A stretch of 64,000 nucleotides of DNA. Origin: Balanoglossus misakiensis (Eukaryota > Animalia > Hemichordata). The notes under the pieces were generated by a model. It had not been told where the DNA came from. It did no database searches and saw only the letters and a program-made list of their open reading frames with translations. The translations under genes and the position numbers were made by a program. This document shows, in pieces, positions 24,101 through 35,982 of this stretch; position 1 is the stretch's first letter, and every line of letters starts with the position of its first letter. The stretch covers positions 11,854,894-11,918,893 of the forward strand of contig CM082589.2 in NCBI GenBank assembly GCA_040954595.2, read 5' to 3'.

Positions 24101-27100
24101 GCCGGGGTTTTAGTCGAACCAGGCCGTAGGAGATCTGACTTGATCATCGTGGTCAATGTACGCGTGTTTCCGCTCTAAAGTGCCGGGGCTTCAGCTAAAC
24201 CAGGCCGTAGGAAATCCGACGTAATCACCGTTGATAACTTACGCCAGTCTGTGTCATATAGAGCCGGTGCACCAGCCGAGTCACGCCGTAGGAAATCTGA
24301 CTTGATCAACGTGGTCAATGTACGCATGTTTCTGCTCTAGAGTGCCGGGGCTTCAGCTGAGCCAGGCCGTAGGAAACCCGAGTCGGACGTGATTACCGTT
24401 GTTAACTTACGCCAGTCTGTGTCCTATATATAGTGCGGGGGCATCAGCCGTGCCAGGCCGAAGGAAATGTGAGTAGATCAACGTGGTCTCTGTACGCGTG
24501 TTTCTGCTCTAGAGTGCCGGGGCTTTATCCAAGCCATGCCGTAGAAAATCTGACTTGATCACCGTTGCTAACGTACGCTAGTGTCTGTCATATTGTGACG
24601 GAGATTTAGCCGAGCCAGGCCGTAGAAAAATCGACTTATTCAACGTTACCAGTGTGCAACTGTTTCTGCTATAGTGTCAGGGTTTTAGCCGACTTATGCT
24701 GTAGGAAATCTGAGTTGATGAACGGGAATTCAATGTTAGAAAACCCGTGTGGAAAGTATCTCTACCCGTTTGAAACTAAGAAAAGAATTTATTCTTATTT
24801 ATTATGTAAAAAAGACAATTTTTCGAAAAAAGTCGAAAATGGTAATTTTGTCTTGGGTGATTCAAATTATACCGCCTTTTCTGGAATTTGCAGCACTTTT
24901 TACAAGAGAACGACACTTCGTGCTCCAAAATATTTCCGAAAATGAAGAAAAGAGTTAATTTTTTATGATTTTTTAAAAATTTACCATTTTTGTCAAAATA
25001 TGGCCAAAATGACTATTTTTTCTTGAATTCCGTCAATATCTCTGCATTTTTGGAGTGGTCGAAAGTTTTAACATACAATCAACATGTCATATATGATCAG
25101 GGCACCAAATTCGAAGAACAAAGGTTTTTTTATTTTTTTTTCTAAAAATGACATTTTCAAGGAAAATTTGGTAAAACGCAATTTTGTCTGCAGTGAGCCA
25201 AATTAGACGGTCTTTTGTGGAATTTGTATCGATATATACATACATACGAAGAGCATTCTATACTCCATCAGATTTCCGAAAATGTAGAAAACAGGTATTT
25301 TTTGTAATTTTGAAAATGTTTCCATTTTGACCAAATTGTGGCTAAAATTGTTATTTTCGTGTTGAATGCCGCCAGTGTCACTGCTTTTAAAAGTCATAAA
25401 AACTTTTAACATACGAGCAATTGTTTATATATGATCAGGTCACCGAATTAAAAAAATAAAGAATGTTTTGCCTAAAAATGACCTTTTTGGTGCAAAAACG
25501 AATAAAACGCAATTTTGTATTAAATCAGAGTGCATTTTTTATAATCAGCACCATTTTCACATATATAATGGAAATTTCATACATCATCAGATATCCAAAT
25601 ATGAAAAAAATGATTTAGATGATTGTCCAAAATTAGCTGATATCTAATAAATGTAGTATTGAACCGTTCTGTTCCCCCCCCCCCCTACATTATATGCGGT
25701 ACGCCGATGTCAGCTTACCCGGCAGTACTGCAGGCCGTGCCCCCAACTAACGTCGGTGTTTGAAACGCCCTGGTTAACTTCGGGCTTTCTCTATAAATTG
25801 ACAGGCAATAATGCAGTCCTACCCGAACAAATGTCGAGTGTTGACCCGCTGTGACTTTCCCTCTTCGGTTTGTCGACGTAGATAACGTCTTTGTACTAGA
25901 GTGTCGGGTCTTTTGCAGAGCCAGGCCGAATGAAATCCGACTTGATCACCGTTGCTAACGAACGCTAGTGTCTGTCATGGTGTGTCGGGGTTTTAGTCGA
26001 GCCAGGCCGTAGGAGATCTGACTTGATCATCGTGGTCAATGTACGCGTGTTTCCGCTCTGAAGTGCCGGGGCTTCAGCTAAACCAGGCCGTAGGAAATCC
26101 GACGCAATCACCGTTGATAACTTACGCCAATCTGTGTCATATAGAGCCGGTGCACCAGCCGAGTCACGCCGTAGGAAATCTGACTTGATCAACGTGGTCA
26201 ATGTACGCCTGTTTCTGCTCTAAAGTGCCGGGGCTTCAGCTGAGCCAGGCCGTAGGAAACCCGACGTGATTACCGTTGTTAACTTACGCCAGTCTGTGTC
26301 CTATATATAGTGCCGGGGCATCAGCCGTGCCAGGCCGAAGGAAATGTGAGTAGATCAACGTGGTCTCTGTACGCGTGTTTCTGCTCTAGAGTGCCAGGGC
26401 TTTAGCTAAGCCATGCCGTAGGAAATCTGACTTGATCAACGTTGCTAACGAACGCTAGTGTCTGTCATAGTGTGCCTGGGTTTTAGTCGAGCCAAGCCGT
26501 AGGAAATCAGACTTGATCAACGTGGTCTCTGTACGCGTGTTTCTGCTCTAGAGTGCCGGGGCTTTATCTAAGCCATGCCGTAGAAAATCTGACTTGATCA
26601 CCGTTGCTAACGTACGCTAGTGTCTGTCATATTGTGACGGAGATTTAGCCGAGCCAGGCCGTAGAAAAATCGACTTGTTCAACGTTACCAGTGTGCAACT
26701 GTTTCTGCTCTAGAGTGTCAGGGTTTTAGCCGACTTATACTGTAGGAAATCTTAGTTGATGAACGGGAATTCAATGTTAGAAAACCCGTGTGGAAAGTAT
26801 CTCTTCCCGTTTGAAACTAAGAAAAGAATTTATTCTTATTTATTTTGCAAAAAAGACAATCTTTTGAAAAAAAGTCGAAAATGGTAATTTTGTCTTGGGT
26901 GATTCAAATTATACCGCCTTTTCTGGAATTTGCAGCATTTTTTTTACAAGAGAACGACACTTCATGCTCCACAATATTTCTGAAAATGAAGAAAAGAGTT
27001 AGTTTTTTATGATTTTTAAAAAATTTACCATTTTTGACAAAATATGGCCAAAATGGCTATTTTTTATTGAATTCCGTCAATATCTCTGCATTTTTGGAGT

Positions 27101-30100
27101 GGTCGAAAGTTTTAACATACAATCAACATGTCATATATGATCAGGGCACCAAATTCGAAGAACAAAGGTTTTTTTATTTTTTTTTTCTAAATATGACATT
27201 TTCAAGGAAAAGTTGGTAAAACGCAATTTTGTCTGCAGTGAGCCAAATTAGACGGTCATTTGTGGAATTTGTATCGATATATATATACGAAGAGCATTCT
27301 ATACTCCATCAGATTTCCGAAAATGTAGAAAACAGGTATTTTTTGTAATTTTCAAAAATTTACCATTTTGACCAAATTGTGGCTAATATTGTTATTTTCG
27401 TGTTGAATGCCGCCAGTGTCACTGCATTTAAAAGTCATAAAAACTTTTAACATACAAGCAATTCTTTATATATGATCAGGTCACCGAATTAAAAAAATAA
27501 AGAATGTTTTGCCTAAAAATGACCTTTTAGGTGCAAAAACGAATAAAACGTAATTTTGTATTAAATCAGCTCATTCAGAGTGCATTTTTTATAATCAGCA
27601 CCATTTTTACATATAATGGAAATTTCATACATCATCAGATATCCAAATATGAAAAAATGATTTAGATTTTAGATGATTGTCCAAAATTAGCTGATATCTA
27701 ATAAATGCAGTATTGAACCGTTCTGTTCCCCCCCCCCCTTACATTATATGCGGTACGCCGATGTCAGCTTACCCGGCAGTACTGCAGGCCGTGCCCCCAA
27801 TTAACGTCAGTGTTTGGAACGCCCTGGTTAAATTCGGGCTTTCTCTATAAATTAACAGGCCATAATGCAGTCCTACCCGAACAAATGTCGAGTGTTGACC
27901 CGCTGTGACTTTCCCTCTTCGGTTTGCCCGACTTAGCCAACGTCTTTGTACTAGAGTGTCGGGTCTTTTGCAGAGCCAGGCCGAAGGAAATCCGACTTGA
28001 TCACCGTTGCTAACGAACGCTAGTGTCTGTCATGGTGTGCCGGGGTTTTAGTCGAACCAGGCCGTAGGAGATCTGACTTGATCATCGTGGTCAATGTACG
28101 CGTGTTTCCGCTCTAAAGTGCCGGGGCTTCAGCTAAACCAGGCCGTAGGAAATCCGACGTAATCACCGTTGATAACTTACGCCAGTCTGTGTCATATAGA
28201 GCCGGTGCACCAGCCGAGTCACGCCGTAGGAAATCTGACTTGATCAACGTGGTCAATGTACGCATGTTTCTGCTCTAGAGTGCCGGGGCTTCAGCTGAGC
28301 CAGGCCGTAGGAAACCCGAGTCGGACGTGATTACCGTTGTTAACTTACGCCAGTCTGTGTCCTATATATAGTGCGGGGGCATCAGCCGTGCCAGGCCGAA
28401 GGAAATGTGAGTAGATCAACGTGGTCTCTGTACGCGTGTTTCTGCTCTAGAGTGCCGGGGCTTTATCCAAGCCATGCCGTAGAAAATCTGACTTGATCAC
28501 CGTTGCTAACGTACGCTAGTGTCTGTCATATTGTGACGGAGATTTAGCCGAGCCAGGCCGTAGAAAAATCGACTTATTCAACGTTACCAGTGTGCAACTG
28601 TTTCTGCTATAGTGTCAGGGTTTTAGCCGACTTATGCTGTAGGAAATCTGAGTTGATGAACGGGAATTCAATGTTAGAAAACCCGTGTGGAAAGTATCTC
28701 TACCCGTTTGAAACTAAGAAAAGAATTTATTCTTATTTATTATGTAAAAAAGACAATTTTTCGAAAAAAGTCGAAAATGGTAATTTTGTCTTGGGTGATT
28801 CAAATTATACCGCCTTTTCTGGAATTTGCAGCACTTTTTACAAGAGAACGACACTTCGTGCTCCAAAATATTTCCGAAAATGAAGAAAAGAGTTAATTTT
28901 TTATGATTTTTTAAAAATTTACCATTTTTGTCAAAATATGGCCAAAATGACTATTTTTTCTTGAATTCCGTCAATATCTCTGCATTTTTGGAGTGGTCGA
29001 AAGTTTTAACATACAATCAACATGTCATATATGATCAGGGCACCAAATTCGAAGAACAAAGGTTTTTTTATTTTTTTTTCTAAAAATGACATTTTCAAGG
29101 AAAATTTGGTAAAACGCAATTTTGTCTGCAGTGAGCCAAATTAGACGGTCTTTTGTGGAATTTGTATCGATATATACATACATACGAAGAGCATTCTATA
29201 CTCCATCAGATTTCCGAAAATGTAGAAAACAGGTATTTTTTGTAATTTTGAAAATGTTTCCATTTTGACCAAATTGTGGCTAAAATTGTTATTTTCGTGT
29301 TGAATGCCGCCAGTGTCACTGCTTTTAAAAGTCATAAAAACTTTTAACATACGAGCAATTGTTTATATATGATCAGGTCACCGAATTAAAAAAATAAAGA
29401 ATGTTTTGCCTAAAAATGACCTTTTTGGTGCAAAAACGAATAAAACGCAATTTTGTATTAAATCAGAGTGCATTTTTTATAATCAGCACCATTTTCACAT
29501 ATATAATGGAAATTTCATACATCATCAGATATCCAAATATGAAAAAAATGATTTAGATGATTGTCCAAAATTAGCTGATATCTAATAAATGTAGTATTGA
29601 ACCGTTCTGTTCCCCCCCCCCCCCCCCTACATTATATGCGGTACGCCGATGTCAGCTTACCCGGCAGTACTGCAGGCCGTGCCCCCAACTAACGTCGGTG
29701 TTTGAAACGCCCTGGTTAACTTCGGGCTTTCTCTATAAATTGACAGGCAATAATGCAGTCCTACCCGAACAAATGTCGAGTGTTGACCCGCTGTGACTTT
29801 CCCTCTTCGGTTTGTCGACGTAGATAACGTCTTTGTACTAGAGTGTCGGGTCTTTTGCAGAGCCAGGCCGAATGAAATCCGACTTGATCACCGTTGCTAA
29901 CGAACGCTAGTGTCTGTCATGGTGTGTCGGGGTTTTAGTCGAGCCAGGCCGTAGGAGATCTGACTTGATCATCGTGGTCAATGTACGCGTGTTTCCGCTC
30001 TGAAGTGCCGGGGCTTCAGCTAAACCAGGCCGTAGGAAATCCGACGCAATCACCGTTGATAACTTACGCCAATCTGTGTCATATAGAGCCGGTGCACCAG

Positions 30101-32586
30101 CCGAGTCACGCCGTAGGAAATCTGACTTGATCAACGTGGTCAATGTACGCCTGTTTCTGCTCTAAAGTGCCGGGGCTTCAGCTGAGCCAGGCCGTAGGAA
30201 ACCCGACGTGATTACCGTTGTTAACTTACGCCAGTCTGTGTCCTATATATAGTGCCGGGGCATCAGCCGTGCCAGGCCGAAGGAAATGTGAGTAGATCAA
30301 CGTGGTCTCTGTACGCGTGTTTCTGCTCTAGAGTGCCAGGGCTTTAGCTAAGCCATGCCGTAGGAAATCTGACTTGATCAACGTTGCTAACGAACGCTAG
30401 TGTCTGTCATAGTGTGCCTGGGTTTTAGTCGAGCCAAGCCGTAGGAAATCAGACTTGATCAACGTGGTCTCTGTACGCGTGTTTCTGCTCTAGAGTGCCG
30501 GGGCTTTATCTAAGCCATGCCGTAGAAAATCTGACTTGATCACCGTTGCTAACGTACGCTAGTGTCTGTCATATTGTGACGGAGATTTAGCCGAGCCAGG
30601 CCGTAGAAAAATCGACTTGTTCAACGTTACCAGTGTGCAACTGTTTCTGCTCTAGAGTGTCAGGGTTTTAGCCGACTTATACTGTAGGAAATCTTAGTTG
30701 ATGAACGGGAATTCAATGTTAGAAAACCCGTGTGGAAAGTATCTCTTCCCGTTTGAAACTAAGAAAAGAATTTATTCTTATTTATTTTGCAAAAAAGACA
30801 ATCTTTTGAAAAAAAGTCGAAAATGGTAATTTTGTCTTGGGTGATTCAAATTATACCGCCTTTTCTGGAATTTGCAGCATTTTTTTTACAAGAGAACGAC
30901 ACTTCATGCTCCACAATATTTCTGAAAATGAAGAAAAGAGTTAGTTTTTTATGATTTTTAAAAAATTTACCATTTTTGACAAAATATGGCCAAAATGGCT
31001 ATTTTTTATTGAATTCCGTCAATATCTCTGCATTTTTGGAGTGGTCGAAAGTTTTAACATACAATCAACATGTCATATATGATCAGGGCACCAAATTCGA
31101 AGAACAAAGGTTTTTTTATTTTTTTTTTCTAAATATGACATTTTCAAGGAAAAGTTGGTAAAACGCAATTTTGTCTGCAGTGAGCCAAATTAGACGGTCA
31201 TTTGTGGAATTTGTATCGATATATATATACGAAGAGCATTCTATACTCCATCAGATTTCCGAAAATGTAGAAAACAGGTATTTTTTGTAATTTTCAAAAA
31301 TTTACCATTTTGACCAAATTGTGGCTAATATTGTTATTTTCGTGTTGAATGCCGCCAGTGTCACTGCATTTAAAAGTCATAAAAACTTTTAACATACAAG
31401 CAATTCTTTATATATGATCAGGTCACCGAATTAAAAAAATAAAGAATGTTTTGCCTAAAAATGACCTTTTAGGTGCAAAAACGAATAAAACGTAATTTTG
31501 TATTAAATCAGCTCATTCAGAGTGCATTTTTTATAATCAGCACCATTTTTACATATAATGGAAATTTCATACATCATCAGATATCCAAATATGAAAAAAT
31601 GATTTAGATTTTAGATGATTGTCCAAAATTAGCTGATATCTAATAAATGCAGTATTGAACCGTTCTGTTCCCCCCCCCTTACATTATATGCGGTACGCCG
31701 ATGTCAGCTTACCCGGCAGTACTGCAGGCCGTGCCCCCAATTAACGTCAGTGTTTGGAACGCCCTGGTTAAATTCGGGCTTTCTCTATAAATTAACAGGC
31801 CATAATGCAGTCCTACCCGAACAAATGTCGAGTGTTGACCCGCTGTGACTTTCCCTCTTCGGTTTGCCCGACTTAGCCAACGTCTTTGTACTACAGTGTC
31901 GGGTCTTTTGCAGAGCCAGGCCGAAGGAAATCCGACTTGATCACCGTTGCTAACGAACGCTAGTGTCTGTCATGGTGTGCCGGGGTTTTAGTCGAACCAG
32001 GCCGTAGGAGATCTGACTTGATCATCGTGGTCAATGTACGCGTGTTTCCGCTCTAAAGTGCCGGGGCTTCAGCTAAACCAGGCCGTAGGAAATCCGACGT
32101 AATCACCGTTGATAACTTACGCCAGTCTGTGTCATATAGAGCCGGTGCACCAGCCGAGTCACGCCGTAGGAAATCTGACTTGATCAACGTGGTCAATGTA
32201 CGCATGTTTCTGCTCTAGAGTGCCGGGGCTTCAGCTGAGCCAGGCCGTAGGAAACCCGAGTCGGACGTGATTACCGTTGTTAACTTACGCCAGTCTGTGT
32301 CCTATATATAGTGCCGGGGCATCAGCCGTGCCAGGCCGAAGGAAATGTGAGTAGATCAACGTGGTCTCTGTACGCGTGTTTCTGCTCTAGAGTGCCGGGG
32401 CTTTATCCAAGCCATGCCGTAGAAAATCTGACTTGATCACCGTTGCTAACGTACGCTAGTGTCTGTCATATTGTGACGGAGATTTAGCCGAGCCAGGCCG
32501 TAGAAAAATCGACTTATTCAACGTTACCAGTGTGCAACTGTTTCTGCTATAGTGTCAGGGTTTTAGCCGACTTATGCTGTAGGAAA
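12177..32586 (+). repeat. Macrosatellite, forward block 2 (~10 monomers)
   Basis: Poly-C markers at ~13732, 15775, 17807, 19848, 21740, 23788, 25673, 27727, 29612 and 31670; periods ~2040-2060 or ~1885-1890 bp. Confidence 0.97.
23790..32586 (+). repeat. ~3.94-kb two-monomer higher-order repeat, near-identical copies
   Basis: Identical ORF-track entries offset by ~3940 bp (24652/28590, 25203/29141, 25965/29907, 27034/30976). A third copy begins at ~31670 and continues after the TIR insertion. Confidence 0.88.
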
Positions 32587-34778
32587 CAGTCTGCACGATA
32601 GCCCCAACTTCCGGTACCTATGAATGCCGGGTAATATCCGCAACAGAGGCGTTATCCATGCGCGTAATTGAAAGTAAACAAAAGCCAGCGATATTGGCGA
32701 ATTTAAGTTGCGGTTTTCTCGTAAACTAGAGAATGACTTACTATTATGAGGATGGGAGGTGTCGACTGCATGTCTGACGAACGTTGTACAGTAATTTGTT
32801 GTTAAATATACATTTTTCAAAACATATTTTTTTTACTCTGAATTAAGGTTGCTAAAATTCCTTAATTTGAAGCATACTCGACTTTCAACATTTGTACTTT
32901 TTGGTCTAAAGACGGGATTGCCGATTAATGTGGATTAAACGTACCTCAGTATGTAAATAAACGAAAATCAGGTCAACTGGGTTCACTGAGCGCGCTTGCT
33001 GTCGGCAGAAATGTAGCCAATTTACGTTAGTCGATATTGGGCAAAATCCGAATATTTTGTCAATTTTAGGGCAAAATCTTGGTCTTGGCGTCACCTCTGT
33101 GCAAAAACGGCTGCTACTATCGTGTTCGGGAAGTCATGGACTGTCCCGGTAAGCGGGTCCTATGATGCTGCCGGTTCCGTAGGATTCCTCAGCGCGTGAC
33201 CAAATAGAGAGTGCATTTTCCGGGGGATTTACAGGCCTCTCTTTGATATGTTGTACTTTTTGGTCTAAAAATCATATCGGCAATCTTGTATGAAAAATAT
33301 GCCCTTCTGATATTACCTTTCATTCCAAAATAGTCAAATGTGCAGTCAAATGCTAAGATGTGCCCGTAGGATAATATAAATATGAGGAAAAATATAGAAA
33401 ATGCTATTATTTTCGAGTCCATTTTGTTCGAACGTTTGAGCCATTAGGAGAGTGCAAACCCCTACATCGACACATGGTTTACTCCAGGGATCTTTCAGCT
33501 TCAAAATGCAACACTCTCGGTTTACCGCCTACCCATATTTTGTTTTGGAACGCGTGAGTTTGAAGACATCCATAAAAAAACATTGATTGACACACGCCGG
33601 ATTTCAGTCATGTGAGCATTTAGCGCCGCATTGTCCAATCCAGTTTTATTTTCTTGAATGCAGCATGTCATTTGTCACTCCCCATAAAGTTTTGCGTTGG
33701 CAGATATGCCCCAATATGGTAAAAAAATGGGCGTAAAAGTCAAGTCTGGTGACATGGCGGGAAATTTTCACGTGTGCAGATCAACTCAATAATAATGTCA
33801 TGTGATACCGTAGAGCTGCGTCTATTGGTGGAAAGTGGCAGGTCATGCATAATGAGCGTCTGTCTACGGTAGATCATTTGCTCATTCATGTGAGGCAGAC
33901 TAATACGGAAGTATCTCCTCGGTGTTCTTAGCTAATTACACTTTAGTTCGGGTGGAATTTAGAGGATAACGTATGGCAATGCATGTTTTTAATCACAGAT
34001 CAGTCATAACTCTGCTTGTTTGGGCCATGTTTTTCATCTGAGCCTCCAGAACCGGGTCCACAGCCGCTGTTGTATACGATCGGTTACAAAGTAGGCGTTT
34101 TTGTCTAGGCTAGCGTTTTTGTTCTCTCCATTCGTTTTTCTTCATTGGAGAGTTAATTAGTTTCGATAGATAATTCGCTTGGTGTCATATCTATGGTGTT
34201 CCATGTAAACCATTTAGGATAAAAATTACATGTTGTTAAAAGTCAGTATGTATGCATGCATTGAGTGGTTATTTGAGGAACCTATTCAAATCTGGTTCAC
34301 AGTCATTTCTTTCATTTCATGGCAAGACCACGCCAAATAGAAGAAAAAAAATCAGAAAAAGTTTCAGATGTTCCAAGTATAACAGAAAGTGGGTCAGTTC
34401 GAGGACAAGAGTCCTTGAAATTGTCACACTTCGTGCCGCGTACTTCGTGTTGACATGAATTTGGCGGAAGTGTAAACCATTTGTGTGTAGGGTAGGCAGA
34501 ATTAAGCGCATGGGTTGGTATGCGTACAGAGGTTGTCAGCGTTCGCAAATCATTGCGAAAATATTTAGTTTGCGTATAAATTTCACAAAAATATCAATTT
34601 ATGATAGAAACTGTTCACGCAATGTTAAAAAATAATTGATCTTGATGCGTGAAAATTTGTGCCTACCCATGTAAAAAATGGTTTGTCGGACGATGACGAA
34701 CATGCCAATAGCTCGATAACAGCCAATCAAATCACTGGTACCAGACACGCCCTAATCGAGGGGTTATCGTGCAGACTG
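32587..34778. mobile_element. 2192-bp non-autonomous TIR DNA transposon with 3-bp AAA target-site duplication
   Basis: TIR cagtctgcacgata(g/a)cccc at both ends. Satellite gtaggAAAtctgag is split as gtaggAAA|element|AAAtctgag (32584-32586, 34779-34781). No transposase ORF. Confidence 0.92.
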
Positions 34779-35669
34779 AAATCTGAGTTGATGAACGGGA
34801 ATTCAATGTTAGAAAACCCGTGTGGAAAGTATCTCTACCCGTTTGAAACTAAGAAAAGAATTTATTCTTATTTATTATGTAAAAAAGACAATTTTTCGAA
34901 AAAAGTCGAAAATGGTAATTTTGTCTTGGGTGATTCAAATTATACCGCCTTTTCTGGAATTTGCAGCACTTTTTACAAGAGAACGACACTTCGTGCTCCA
35001 AAATATTTCCGAAAATGAAGAAAAGAGTTAATTTTTTATGATTTTTTAAAAATTTACCATTTTTGTCAAAATATGGCCAAAATGACTATTTTTTCTTGAA
35101 TTCCGTCAATATCTCTGCATTTTTGGAGTGGTCGAAAGTTTTAACATACAATCAACATGTCATATATGATCAGGGCACCAAATTCGAAGAACAAAGGTTT
35201 TTTTATTTTTTTTTCTAAAAATGACATTTTCAAGGAAAATTTGGTAAAACGCAATTTTGTCTGCAGTGAGCCAAATTAGACGGTCTTTTGTGGAATTTGT
35301 ATCGATATATACATACATACGAAGAGCATTCTATACTCCATCAGATTTCCGAAAATGTAGAAAACAGGTATTTTTTGTAATTTTGAAAATGTTTCCATTT
35401 TGACCAAATTGTGGCTAAAATTGTTATTTTCGTGTTGAATGCCGCCAGTGTCACTGCTTTTAAAAGTCATAAAAACTTTTAACATACAAGCAATTGTTTA
35501 TATATGATCAGGTCACCGAATTAAAAAAATAAAGAATGTTTTGCCTAAAAATGACCTTTTTGGTGCAAAAACGAATAAAACGCAATTTTGTATTAAATCA
35601 GCTCATTCAGAGTGCATTTTTTAGAATCAGCACCATTTTTACATCATCAGATATCCAAATATGAAAAAA
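34779..35669 (+). repeat. Macrosatellite, forward, remainder of the interrupted monomer
   Basis: Resumes aaatctgagttgatgaacggg in exact register with 32586. Confidence 0.95.
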
Positions 35670-35982
35670 CGGGAAGAGATACTTTCCACACGGGTTATTG
35701 CCTGTCAATTTATAGAGAAAGCCCGAATTTAACATACAAGCAATTGTTTATATATGATCAGGTCACCGAATTAAAAAAATAAAGAATGTTTTGCCTAAAA
35801 ATGACCTTTTTGGTGCAAAAACGAATAAAACGCAATTTTGTATTAAATCAGCTCATTCAGAGTGCATTTTTTAGAATCAGCACCATTTTTACATCATCAG
35901 ATATCCAAATATGAAAAAACGGGAAGAGATACTTTCCACACGGGTTATTGCCTGTCAATTTATAGAGAAAGCCCGAATTTAA
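35481..35982. repeat. 250-bp tandem duplication spanning the forward/reverse junction
   Basis: The junction string atgaaaaaacgggaagagatactttccacacgggttattgcctgtcaatttatagagaaagcccgaatttaac occurs at 35661 and again at 35911. Confidence 0.92.

Noticed and set aside
29612-29627. Variable poly-C/poly-G tract as a functional G-quadruplex switch
   Set aside because: Length differs even between near-identical copies, which slippage or homopolymer sequencing error explains.
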